Source of the DNA: Thermodesulfobacteriota bacterium
GTDB lineage: Bacteria; Desulfobacterota; Desulfobacteria; Desulfobacterales; C00003060
DNA length: 64,000 nucleotides
Direction of reading: 5' to 3'
Assembly: GCA_034189385.1 (NCBI GenBank)
Contig: JAXHVD010000006.1
Location: 32,001 to 96,000, forward strand
Made by a program: the position numbers and the translations under genes. Under the pieces are notes generated by a model. It was given only the letters and a program-made list of their open reading frames with translations. It did no database searches and was not told the origin of the DNA. Below are positions 9,802 to 19,414 of the stretch, one piece after another. Position 1 is the stretch's first letter; the number at the start of each line of letters is the position of its first letter.

Positions 9802-10809
9802 CTAGGGCTGAAAAACGTCGGAGATAGATCGAATCTGACGGCATAGCAGCTCAAACTGTTCAGGATAAAGGGACTGAGGGCCGTCACTCAAGGCCTCTTC
9901 AGGGGCGTGATGGACTTCGACCATGAGTCCATGGGCACCCACAGCCACAGATGCGCGACTTAAAGGGATGACCTGATCGCGACGTCCGGCTGCATGGCTC
10001 GGGTCCACAATGACAGGAAGATGGCTTTCCTTTAGGATGACAGAAACCGCAGAGAGGTCCAGGGTGTTCCGACTGTGATGGGCAAAGGTGCGAACCCCTC
10101 GTTCACAGAGAATCACCTGGGTGTTTCCCGCCTCCAGGATGTATTCCGCTGCCATAAGCCATTCCTCAATGGTAGCAGCCATACCACGCTTTAAGACAAC
10201 GGGCTTTGGGGATCGCCCAGCCCTTCGCAGAAGACTGTAGTTTTGCATATTCCTTGTTCCGATTTGAACGATGTCTGCGTATGCCTCCACCAGATCGAAA
10301 ACTTCATGATCCAGGGCCTCGGTCACCACGGGAAGCCCAGTCTCTTCCCTGACCTTTGCAAGGATCTGAAGCCCCTTTTCCCCGAGACCCTGAAAGGAAT
10401 AGGGCGATGTCCTCGGCTTGAATGCCCCACCTCTAAAAATCTGGCCGCCCGCCTTTTTGACCAGCCGCGCGATGGTCAAGGCCTGCTCCTCACTTTCTAC
10501 GGCGCAGGGTCCTGCAACAAGGGTAAGGTATCCGTTTCCAATGGCCACGTCGCCAACTTTGATGACGGTCCCTTCAGGTTGGAATTCACGACTCACCAAT
10601 TTGTACGGCCGGGTGACAGGGATGGCGTCCTTGACGCCGGGCATGGCCAGAAAATAGGAAGGATCCATGGCCCCCTTATTGCGCAGTATCCCTATAGCAG
10701 TCCGTTCTCCGCCAGGAATAGGACGGGCCACGCACCCTTTGGCTTCAATGGCAGCGATGACCGCATCAATCTCCTCTTGCGTCGCATGTTGATTCATGAC
10801 TACGAGCAT
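9802..10809 (-). CDS. aroF: DAHP synthase, type I-beta with N-terminal regulatory domain
   Basis: AGPCAVES, RGGAFKPRTSPYSFQG, QIGTRNMQN, LCERG, VDPSH. Confidence 0.95.
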   Translation of the reverse strand: MLVVMNQHATQEEIDAVIAAIEAKGCVARPIPGGERTAIGILRNKGAMDPSYFLAMPGVKDAIPVTRPYKLVSREFQPEGTVIKVGDVAIGNGYLTLVAGPCAVESEEQALTIARLVKKAGGQIFRGGAFKPRTSPYSFQGLGEKGLQILAKVREETGLPVVTEALDHEVFDLVEAYADIVQIGTRNMQNYSLLRRAGRSPKPVVLKRGMAATIEEWLMAAEYILEAGNTQVILCERGVRTFAHHSRNTLDLSAVSVILKESHLPVIVDPSHAAGRRDQVIPLSRASVAVGAHGLMVEVHHAPEEALSDGPQSLYPEQFELLCRQIRSISDVFQP

Positions 10810-10888
10810 AGGTCTTTTCTCCTTGTCTTATCAGCCTTTTTGCTGGCACAAAAAAGGGTGTTGCTGACTTCGCCTACAGTCCCCTGCA

Positions 10889-10925
10889 AATAAAAAGGCC
10901 GCGCCCCTTTGGGGCCCGGCCTTTT
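10889..10925 (-). terminator. intrinsic terminator of the aroF attenuator
   Basis: Minus strand AAAAGGCCG-G-GCCCC-AAA-GGGGC-G-CGGCC-TTTTTATTT. Confidence 0.85.
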
Positions 10926-10959
10926 GATGCTTACTGTAAAATCGTCAGACGCCCTTGGC

Positions 10960-11010
10960 TCACTCCCGGGAAATAGTGTTCCTCCACCAGCACCAGAAAC
11001 GCCATTGCAT
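10960..11010 (-). CDS. Trp-rich leader peptide MQWRFWCWWRNTISRE
   Basis: 4 Trp and 1 Phe in 7 codons, lying between the promoter and the terminator. Alternative start at 11028. Confidence 0.8.
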   Translation of the reverse strand: MQWRFWCWWRNTISRE

Positions 11011-11056
11011 TGTTACCAATTCCTTCATGCCTAATTCCGCCAAATTCATAAGAAGA

Positions 11057-11085
11057 ACCATACAGGAGGACCGTTGCCTTGTCAA
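11057..11085 (-). promoter_or_regulatory. sigma70 promoter for leader-aroF
   Basis: TTGACA-N17-TATGGT on the minus strand. Confidence 0.7.
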
Positions 11086-11152
11086 GACATGTTCAAATGG
11101 ACACATTAAGACCTTTCCACGACCCTTGGCAGCGGCTTGATGCCGGAGCAGA

Positions 11153-12487
11153 TTAGGCTTTGCTCTGGTTTGAAAAAGGAGTGGACAGGCATTGGCCCAT
11201 GACGATGCTACCATCGACGCTGGTGAGCCTCACTGGAACCAATTGATGGAACAGGTGGTCACCCCCTTCTACATGGACGGGGATGTAGTTGCCTGTAAAA
11301 CCCTTGAGGCACCCCGTGGACCTGTCCCGCTTTGCCTCAATCAAGACCTCCTGGGTGGTACCGATGAATCTGTCGTAGAAGGCCATGCGCTTTGCCTGTC
11401 CCATGTCACGCAGTTGCCGGCATCGGTTCTTTATCGTTTCCGGCGACACCCGATCTCTCAGGCCCTCAGCCCGTGTCCCCACCTGAGGAGAAAAGGGAAA
11501 CACATGAAGATAGGCCAAAGGGAGTTCTTCAATCAAACGGCAGGTGTTGTCAAAGGCCTTTTCCGTCTCACCTGGAAACCCTACCAGGACATCGGCCCCT
11601 ATGGCCACGTCAGGCAACACCTGGGCAAGGTGAAGAATCAAGTCCCGATACAACTTCGCCCCATAAGGTCGGCGCATCCGCTTGAGCACCTCGTCGTCTC
11701 CACTCTGGAGCGGTATATGGAGGTGGTGACAGAGGTGCTCAGAGATAGCCATCTGGTCAATGATCCCTTCTGATACTTCTCCAGGTTCAATGGAACTGAT
11801 GCGCAATCGTTGGACCCCTTGGGGTCCCTCTAGAAAACGCAAAAGGTCTGCGAGTGAAGATGCCGGCGTGAGATCTTGACCATACTGTCCAACATGAATC
11901 CCGCACAGCACCACCTCAGAGTACCCTGACGCCTGAAGGGCTCCTATCCTCTCAACGACTAACTCGGGCTTCAGGGAACGGCTCCGGCCCCGTGCATAGG
12001 GAATGATGCAATACGAGCAGAAGCTGTTACAACCGTCTTGGATCTTGAGAAACGGACGGGTGCGATCTCCAAACCTCGTCAGGGGAAGGTCCTGAAAAGG
12101 ACGGGGACTTGAAAGATCTTCCACAAGAGGTGTGGGCGCTAAAGCGTATGTGGCGGAATCGGCAAGCAGTGGGATCCGGTCTTTAAGGGATGTGCCCACC
12201 ACATAGTGGACGCCCGCCATGGAAAGGAAAACCTCTGGAGCCACCTGGGCATAGCACCCGGTCACCACCACGAGGGCCCCGGGATGATCCCGAATAAGCC
12301 TTCTTGTGGCCTGTCTCGACTGGGTCCCTGCCTTTCCGGTCACCGTGCATGTGTTCACAATGCAAAGATCTGCCGCAGCACCTTTGCTTGCAAGATGCCA
12401 TCCCCGGTCTATGAGCTGCTCTGAAATCGCTTCCGATTCATAGCGGTTGACCTTACATCCCAACGTGGTGACAACAAACGACTTCAT
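11153..12487 (-). CDS. mtaB: tRNA t6A37 methylthiotransferase
   Basis: TLGCKVNRYES, NTCTVT, TGCYAQ, radical SAM motif CNSFCSYC, C-terminal TRAM domain. Confidence 0.92.
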   Translation of the reverse strand: MKSFVVTTLGCKVNRYESEAISEQLIDRGWHLASKGAAADLCIVNTCTVTGKAGTQSRQATRRLIRDHPGALVVVTGCYAQVAPEVFLSMAGVHYVVGTSLKDRIPLLADSATYALAPTPLVEDLSSPRPFQDLPLTRFGDRTRPFLKIQDGCNSFCSYCIIPYARGRSRSLKPELVVERIGALQASGYSEVVLCGIHVGQYGQDLTPASSLADLLRFLEGPQGVQRLRISSIEPGEVSEGIIDQMAISEHLCHHLHIPLQSGDDEVLKRMRRPYGAKLYRDLILHLAQVLPDVAIGADVLVGFPGETEKAFDNTCRLIEELPLAYLHVFPFSPQVGTRAEGLRDRVSPETIKNRCRQLRDMGQAKRMAFYDRFIGTTQEVLIEAKRDRSTGCLKGFTGNYIPVHVEGGDHLFHQLVPVRLTSVDGSIVMGQCLSTPFSNQSKA

Positions 12488-12505
12488 GTGCCATGAGCCA
12501 AGTGC

Positions 12506-13603
12506 TCAGCCCCTTTCCCTGTCCTTGGCGCTGCCAGTGTCGATCCAGCCGCCACCCAGAACCCGTTCTCCTTGATAAAAAACAGCCGCCTGGCCGGGCG
12601 TAATGGCAAACTGGGGTTTGGAAAAAACAACCTTGGCCCTGTAACTGTCAAGGGGCGTCATGACCGACGCTGCCTGTCGGTGGCGGTATCGGATACGGGT
12701 ATGAACGGACATAGGCTCGTCTGGGACCCTTCCATTGATCCAGTTGATATCCACGACGACACACGCCTTGCGGGCCAGCTCGGATTCAGTGCCAACGATC
12801 AGACGGTTTTGTTCGTTGTCGAGTCGAACCACATAATAGGGTTCTGGCCCAGGGATGCCGATCCCCCTGCGCTGCCCTATAGTGTAAGCATGGAGCCCCT
12901 GGTGAGTTCCCAGCACATCGCCCTGGGAATTGACGATGGCCCCTGGCTTGCGCACAAATCCCGCCAGGTTACAGAGGAATGCCTGATAGCTTGGCTGCCG
13001 GATGAAGCACAGCTCTTGGCTTTCTCCTTCCACAAAGGCCGTCAAGCCTTGGACCCTGGCCATTTCCCTGACTTGGTCTTTTGTGTAGGAACCCAAAGGG
13101 AGGATGGCTTCACTGAGCTGCCTTTGGGTAAGGCGGGCAAGGAAGTAGGACTGGTCTTTTCCATGATCCATGCCCCTTAGGAGGGAAAGTTCGCCTCCCT
13201 CTTCCCGGCCTATCCTGGCGTAGTGGCCTGTAACAAGGGCTGAAGCACCAAGGGCTTTGGCATGTTCTAGGACAAAGCCAAACTTGATACGCTCATTGCA
13301 CACCACACAAGGGTTTGGCGTCTGCCCTGACCGGTAAGTGTCGACAAAATAGTCCACCACCTCTCTCCTGAAAGGCTGGCGACAATCCAGTACTTCAAGA
13401 GGGATGCCGATCTGATGGGCAGCCCTTTGGGCCTTGGCTTGGACAAGGGCTGGTGGCCTGGGCGGAAAAGGAGCTTCGAAGGGACCTTCATAACCGGTTA
13501 GGAAATGAACACCAATCACTTTGTAGCCTTGCTCTTTGAGCAGGGCGGCTGCAATGGCGGAGTCAAGGCCGCCGCTCAAGGCAACGGCCACGGTCTTCTT
13601 CAT
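12506..13603 (-). CDS. mnmA: tRNA 2-thiouridylase
   Basis: SGGLDS, TPNPCVVCN, TGHYAR, KDQSYFL, ITPGQ. Start overlaps the upstream stop (ATGA). Confidence 0.95.
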   Translation of the reverse strand: MKKTVAVALSGGLDSAIAAALLKEQGYKVIGVHFLTGYEGPFEAPFPPRPPALVQAKAQRAAHQIGIPLEVLDCRQPFRREVVDYFVDTYRSGQTPNPCVVCNERIKFGFVLEHAKALGASALVTGHYARIGREEGGELSLLRGMDHGKDQSYFLARLTQRQLSEAILPLGSYTKDQVREMARVQGLTAFVEGESQELCFIRQPSYQAFLCNLAGFVRKPGAIVNSQGDVLGTHQGLHAYTIGQRRGIGIPGPEPYYVVRLDNEQNRLIVGTESELARKACVVVDINWINGRVPDEPMSVHTRIRYRHRQAASVMTPLDSYRAKVVFSKPQFAITPGQAAVFYQGERVLGGGWIDTGSAKDRERG

Positions 13604-14034
13604 GCTGGCAGCGGGCTTCCTACGGTGTGAATCTCCATTGCCCTGGGCGGGCAGGCAGGCACACAGAGCCCGCATACACTGCATTTTCTCTTGTTGAACT
13701 GAACGCTCATTTCGGGTCGCTTGATCCACAAGGCCCCTGTGGGACACACTGCCGTGCAGGCACCGCAGTGCGTGCACTTTGTCCTGTTGCGGTCGACCTT
13801 CTGGCCCACTGGATGGACCTGTACGCCGCACCCCTTCAGGTATTTAACGCCTTTGTTGTAATCTTTCCTGGTCCCGGACAGCTCCAAGACCATCACGCCC
13901 TCCTTGCGGGGCAATATGGCGGCCTTTAAGATATTGAACTTCAGGTTGTAGTCCTTGGCCAGGAAACACACGATAGGCTTTTCCACTTCTGTCTTTGGGA
14001 ACTGGAGCACAAGCATTCTAGAATACATCTTCAC
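13600..14034 (-). CDS. NIL domain plus 2x[4Fe-4S] ferredoxin protein
   Basis: FNILKA; CTHCGACTAVCP and CSVCGLCVPACP. Confidence 0.9.
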   Translation of the reverse strand: MKMYSRMLVLQFPKTEVEKPIVCFLAKDYNLKFNILKAAILPRKEGVMVLELSGTRKDYNKGVKYLKGCGVQVHPVGQKVDRNRTKCTHCGACTAVCPTGALWIKRPEMSVQFNKRKCSVCGLCVPACPPRAMEIHTVGSPLPA

Positions 14035-14314
14035 ACCTCACATTCATATCAAAGCAGTCACAGCACCTGCGGCCTGTTTCTCACTAAAACAGAACCATCC
14101 AGCTTTGTCAACGGGCGCCTCTGGGCTTAATGTGGGCGCCAAGGGCCCTTCAGTCATCTCGCCCTTCATGATCAAGGCCCAGAGAAGGCCTCAGCAGGGC
14201 ACTCTCGGGTCTATTGTCTCGGTCATGGGAACATCCATTTCCCTGCTGGAGGACACCCAGTCATCTGGCGCCTTTTCAGGACGCACGGCCAAGGGCCGGG
14301 GTTCACTCAGGCAA

Positions 14315-14935
14315 TTACTCGTGGAATGAGTGCCTATAGACGTGAAACATCCTCTGCAAGGCAGTAAAATTGGCCAGAAAGGCAAGGACCACCAGACCGA
14401 TGAGGAGCTGCTCCGTGAGAAGTGTAAAGGTTAGCACGATGAAGCGTTCCAATCGCGTAAAAACCCCCACCCTGCATGAAATCTTCAGTGCACCCGCTCT
14501 AGCACGGGCGTAACTTACCATCAACGAGCCAAACATGGTCAAAAAGCACAGCAGTACGATGATGTGTTCACCACGGAAAGTGGCCCACCACACGATGCCG
14601 AACAAGACGGCTGCATCAGAATATCGATCCAGAAAGGAGTCGAGAAAGGCTCCAAACCTCGACTCACGGCCTGTTGTCCGGGCCAGGGCCCCGTCTAGGG
14701 CATCAAAAGGACCGGACAGAAGCCACAACCACCCACCGATAGAAACATAACCTGCTGCCACCACCGCACCAGCAGAAGCTGCGGCAAAAAAACCAATCAT
14801 GGAAAGGAGATTGGGCTGCACTCCTATCTTTGCCAATAGGCGGGAAAGAGGATTTAGTATGACCCCTGACCGCTCTTTGGCCCAAGCCGTAAGTGTCCAG
14901 TACTCACGGTGCGGCTTTGAGGCCACATGATCCAT
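14315..14935 (-). CDS. CDP-alcohol phosphatidyltransferase (PI/PIP-synthase-like)
   Basis: DALDGALAR..GAFLDSFLDRYSD; YARARA..GVFTRLER. Confidence 0.85.
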   Translation of the reverse strand: MDHVASKPHREYWTLTAWAKERSGVILNPLSRLLAKIGVQPNLLSMIGFFAAASAGAVVAAGYVSIGGWLWLLSGPFDALDGALARTTGRESRFGAFLDSFLDRYSDAAVLFGIVWWATFRGEHIIVLLCFLTMFGSLMVSYARARAGALKISCRVGVFTRLERFIVLTFTLLTEQLLIGLVVLAFLANFTALQRMFHVYRHSFHE

Positions 14936-15506
14936 CACTCTGTTTTTTGACCTGCCCAAACCACATCCCCTTGGTCATGCGCAGTAGACGCTTTCTGTAT
15001 GCCCAGCCCTCATCGTGAGCAGCAGGCCTCAAAGAAAAGGGCCTTCTCCAATTCATTTGGGATAAAGGGGTCAAGGATTCAGGATCACCCCATCTTTTTT
15101 GGAGATGATCCCCAAAAAGACTGCTCATTCTCATGGAGCTTCCAGGCGTTTTTACATGTGATGGCCTGTGGCGATTGTGACAGCAGGCCACCTTCCGCAT
15201 TTCGGGAAGCTGTCCAAGAATAGTTAACGTATTGGCATTTTTAGCACAAAATGGAAAAGACATCAACGGGCTGTTGCCCAAACCAAAAACCCTTTGAGCT
15301 GTTCATTGAAGTGTTTTCTTTCAATCCATCTTGGTGAGGCAGGAAACAGGTGATTTCAATTGGTTGATCTGCCGTGGCGGTGAGTCCTGGCAACGGTGGG
15401 CCCCTTTTCAAGCCGCCACACGCAACGGGCAACGCTCATCCCTGGAGGAGGCCTCAGACATCATAAAATGATTCAGAACAAAGCAACAGGGATTTGTCAT
15501 CGCCAA

Positions 15507-15530
15507 GATTGAATCCTCCCCGTGGCAAGC
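15507..15530 (+). repeat. partial copy of the MITE/REP-like element
   Basis: GATTGAATCCTCCCCGTGGCAAGC versus GATTGAACCCTCCCCGCGGCAAGC at 52135. Confidence 0.6.
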
Positions 15531-15545
15531 TCTTGACCGAGCGCC

Positions 15546-16358
15546 CTACCACAGGATGCCACGGACCGTCTCTGCCCACCCCCTGGGGCCCTGTTTTCCG
15601 GAATAGATGACGGGCCCCGGGGCCGGGACGTACTCCCACCTGCCCGGCTTCTTTCGGATCACAACAGGGATGTCCACACACAAAAGCATAGGGATATCGT
15701 TGGCACTATCTCCCAACCCCACTGTCTGAAGCCGTGCGTCGGGATCTGTCTCCTCGTAAAGCCTCTTTAGAATCTGGACTGCCTTTCCCTTGTCATTCTG
15801 GCCTATGATGTGGTAAAAACGGCCTCCCCTAGTAACCCTCAGCCCCTCTTCCTGTAAGCCCCCTTCAAGGAGTCTCATGCGATCGGGTGTGTCAGAAAAG
15901 ACAAATGGTTCTGTGTACTCACGCATGGCGGCTAGCCGTGCTTCTTCAAGGGGAAGCGCAGTAAGGGCACCAATCTCCTGGAGGGTCATTTCCGAAAATC
16001 CTCTCATACGCAAGTCATTCGTATTCTTGATTCTATCCCAGGCATCACAGATCACAGCGTAAGGTGTTCCCAACTCCACCACCTGATAGGGTCCCTTGTC
16101 AACAAAGCCTTGGCTCTTCATGTTCAGCATCCCGCGGGGGACAAAGATGGCTGCGCCGTTCTCTACAACAAAGGGCGCCTTGAGACCCATCCTTTGTTGA
16201 CATGTTTCTATTTCAGCCCGTGTCTTGCTACTGCAAATGATCACCGGAATAGATCTCTTGTTGAGACCCTCCAAAATATCTCGTGCATCCTCAAAGGCGT
16301 AGGTGTCATGATCCATGAGGGTACCGTCCAGGTCGGTGAAAACGATGGTCTTTTTCAT
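15546..16358 (-). CDS. mpgP: HAD-IIB mannosyl/glucosyl-3-phosphoglycerate phosphatase
   Basis: FTDLDGTL, CSSKTRAE, VENGAAI, GGRFYH, LGDSAND. Confidence 0.85.
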   Translation of the reverse strand: MKKTIVFTDLDGTLMDHDTYAFEDARDILEGLNKRSIPVIICSSKTRAEIETCQQRMGLKAPFVVENGAAIFVPRGMLNMKSQGFVDKGPYQVVELGTPYAVICDAWDRIKNTNDLRMRGFSEMTLQEIGALTALPLEEARLAAMREYTEPFVFSDTPDRMRLLEGGLQEEGLRVTRGGRFYHIIGQNDKGKAVQILKRLYEETDPDARLQTVGLGDSANDIPMLLCVDIPVVIRKKPGRWEYVPAPGPVIYSGKQGPRGWAETVRGILW

Positions 16359-16629
16359 GTTCCTACGAGCGGTGTGGCACAAACAAGTCTAGTTTCCATC
16401 CAAGACCTTTGCGCAACCCCTTCTGAATTGGAAACTGACGCAAGCCCCACCTCTTTCTTGGGCGTTCGTGGATGGGCACCAGCCCAATGCCTATGGCCGA
16501 CAATTTTTGCAGGGAGACGTTGACCTATGCCCTTATATATAATATACATATATATCTGAGAACACCATGGTTTTTTGATCTCCAGGGCGCCCTTCTGCCG
16601 GAAAGGGACCCGAGGCAACTAGGGGGAGG

Positions 16630-17850
16630 ATGATGGACCTAATAGAAAATCCGCACGATGTTCAAGCCGCTGACCTCATTGTGGGCATACCCTCGTACAA
16701 CGAAGCTAGTCTCATCTCTTATCCTACCCAGAAGGCCAGTGAGGGCCTCATCAAATACTTCGGGAACAAGAACAGCGTCATCATCAACTGTGACAATAAT
16801 TCACCCGACGGCACCCGTGAGGCCTTCATGAACACAAAGACAGAAGTGCCGAAAATCTACCTGTCAACACCGCCGGGCGTGAGAGGAAAGGGCAACAATT
16901 TCAAGAATCTGTTCAAAACGATTTGTGACCTGAGAGCCCAGGCCGTGATTGTCGTAGATGCAGATCTCAAGAGCATCACCCCTCGCTGGATCAAGAACCT
17001 TGGCGAACCGCTATTCGAGGACTTCGGCTTTGTGGCGCCCCTTTACGTACGACACAAGTTTGACGGTACCATCACCAACAACATTGCCTATCCCATGACC
17101 CGATGTGTTTACGGCCGCAGGGTGCGCCAGCCCATCGGGGGTGACTTTGGATTCTCAGGTAAACTGGCTGAAGTGTATCTCCGGCAGGGGGACTGGACCC
17201 CAGCAGTAGAGGAATTTGGCATCGACATCTGGATGACCACCACGGCCATGTGTCACGGCATGCCCATTTGTCAGTCCTATATGGGCCGGCCCAAAGTCCA
17301 CAAGCCCAAAGACCCTGGGGAGTCCTTGGGCCCTATGTTCACACAGGTGGTAGGAACGATCTTTGATATGATGATCAAACACGCCGATTTCTGGAAGGAC
17401 GTCCGGTGGAGCAAGCCTACGGCCATATTTGGCTTCGGATTGGGGGAGATGGAAATGCCTCCGCCGGTGGACGTGGATATTCGGCGACTCTATGATAAAT
17501 TTCAGACAGGCTTTGGCGTTCATGAGGCCCTCCTGAAGGAAACCCTTTCAGCCAATCTTATGAAGAAGCTCTCAGAGGTGAAAGAACATCCTTTAGACGG
17601 TTTTGAATTCCCGGGCAACTTGTGGGCTGAAATACTGGTCGATTTTGCAGTGACTTATAGAAACTTGGCAAAGAACAAGGGAAAACTCATGGAGGCCCTC
17701 ATCCCCCTCTATTTTGGCCGGACCTGTTCCTTTGTGATTGAGTCAGAGCCCATGACGATCCAACAGGCGGAAGACCTCATAGAAGACCAGTGTGGTGTGT
17801 TTGAAACCAGCAAGTCTTACTTGCTGAAGAGATGGTTTGATACAGAATAA
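16630..17850 (+). CDS. glycosyltransferase, glucosyl-/mannosylglycerate synthase-like
   Basis: GIPSYNE, DNNSPDGT, GKG, DADL, RQPIGGDFG, FGIDIWMT. Confidence 0.8.
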   Translation: MMDLIENPHDVQAADLIVGIPSYNEASLISYPTQKASEGLIKYFGNKNSVIINCDNNSPDGTREAFMNTKTEVPKIYLSTPPGVRGKGNNFKNLFKTICDLRAQAVIVVDADLKSITPRWIKNLGEPLFEDFGFVAPLYVRHKFDGTITNNIAYPMTRCVYGRRVRQPIGGDFGFSGKLAEVYLRQGDWTPAVEEFGIDIWMTTTAMCHGMPICQSYMGRPKVHKPKDPGESLGPMFTQVVGTIFDMMIKHADFWKDVRWSKPTAIFGFGLGEMEMPPPVDVDIRRLYDKFQTGFGVHEALLKETLSANLMKKLSEVKEHPLDGFEFPGNLWAEILVDFAVTYRNLAKNKGKLMEALIPLYFGRTCSFVIESEPMTIQQAEDLIEDQCGVFETSKSYLLKRWFDTE

Positions 17851-17883
17851 GGCTTGGCACCCATAAGTGGCAATGGAGGTCCT

Positions 17884-18270
17884 ATGAAAAAAATTCTTAT
17901 TGTAGATGATGAAGAAGTTATCCGTATGCTCTATGCCGAGGAGTTGGAGGAGGAAGGGTATAAGGTGATAACAGCAGGAAGTGGTCACGGCCTGATCGCA
18001 ATGATCGACAACGAGAAGCCAGACCTTGTGATACTGGATATCAAGATGGCCGAGCATGACGGGTTAGATCTGCTCCAGGACGTCAGGAGGGAATTCTACA
18101 ACATTCCCGTGATACTTTGCTCGGCCTATTCCTCCTTTAAGGGCGACCTGAAGTCTATTGCAGCAGACTACTATGTCGTAAAGAGCGCCGATCTGAGCGA
18201 GCTGAAGCAAAAGATCAAGATGGCCCTGGAAGGACAAATGCCAGCCCCCTATTCTCCTAAGGAGGTATAG
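17884..18270 (+). CDS. single-domain response regulator
   Basis: ILIVDDE, LDIKM, YVVKS; GGAGG RBS. Confidence 0.9.
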   Translation: MKKILIVDDEEVIRMLYAEELEEEGYKVITAGSGHGLIAMIDNEKPDLVILDIKMAEHDGLDLLQDVRREFYNIPVILCSAYSSFKGDLKSIAADYYVVKSADLSELKQKIKMALEGQMPAPYSPKEV

Positions 18271-18431
18271 GGCCTGCTGCTTCTCTTAGGGCTTATCTTT
18301 CACATAAGATCGATCTGTTTCTTTTGATTTAGGAAAGACCTAAGAAAGGGCAATGGGGCTTGATGGGTAGCTACATGTTTCAGAAACGGAGGGTTTTAAG
18401 ATCACTACGTCGTGAGGAATTGGACTCCTGA

Positions 18432-19250
18432 ATGGGATGGCTGCAGGCTATTCTCCTCGGCATTGTGCAGGGGCTCACGGAGTTCCTCCCCGTCAGCAGT
18501 TCAGGGCATTTGGTGCTTCTGCAATCTCTCTTTGGATTACAGGAACCAGAGCTCTTCTTTGATGTCTCGGTCCACGTTGGCACCTTGCTGGCTGTGTGTG
18601 TGGTTTTCTTTCGGGACCTCAGAGACATGGCATTGGCCTTTTTTTCCAGGTCTACTTGGTCTGCCGGCAACATCGGTCGTCTGCAGCAATGGCGCCAGGT
18701 GCCGGAAATAAGACTACTCACCCTCATTTTCATCGGATCTCTACCTACGGCCGTTCTTGGGCTGGCCTTTCGACCCTTGGCCGCGATCCTCTTTTCCTCC
18801 ATACGAGTGGTTGGTATCATGTTATTGGTCACGGGCTTCTTACTCTGGTTCACGCGGCCCATGAAGAAAAAGGGGAGGACTGAGCTTACCGCTTGGGATG
18901 CTATCTGCGTTGGTATGATGCAAGGGTTGGCTATATTGCCTGGAATATCTCGGTCTGGGAGCACCATCGCTATGGGCTTGTTCAAAGGCCTGGATCGAGA
19001 AACAGCAGCTCGCTACTCCTTTCTGCTATCCATCCCCGCAATCGTGGGGGCCATGGCCCTGGAATTAGCTCAGGCCAAAATCTCCGGCATGCCCCCCCTT
19101 GGACCTGCCGCGGTGGGGGCCTGTGTGGCCGGAGCTGTAGGATATGTGGCTCTTAAGACCTTAATAGGCCTGGTGAAGAAAGGAGCACTTCATACCTTTG
19201 CATACTACTGCTGGCCTCTTGGGGGCATCGTCATCTTCTGCTCGTTGTGA
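18432..19250 (+). CDS. uppP: undecaprenyl-diphosphate phosphatase
   Basis: QGLTEFLPVSSSGHL, PGISRSGST. Confidence 0.95.
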   Translation: MGWLQAILLGIVQGLTEFLPVSSSGHLVLLQSLFGLQEPELFFDVSVHVGTLLAVCVVFFRDLRDMALAFFSRSTWSAGNIGRLQQWRQVPEIRLLTLIFIGSLPTAVLGLAFRPLAAILFSSIRVVGIMLLVTGFLLWFTRPMKKKGRTELTAWDAICVGMMQGLAILPGISRSGSTIAMGLFKGLDRETAARYSFLLSIPAIVGAMALELAQAKISGMPPLGPAAVGACVAGAVGYVALKTLIGLVKKGALHTFAYYCWPLGGIVIFCSL

Positions 19251-19414
19251 AACTCAAAAATGATGGATGGCCTGTCGGGTGAAAAGCGGAGCAAATAGCC
19301 AGCATTTTTAACCCTGAACACCTTCAGTGCCTATTCCCTCCGCCAGGGCGGACTCAATGTCGCCTACAAAAGACTTTCTATGAAAACACCAAGCGTATTT
19401 ATCAAGGAGGCACC

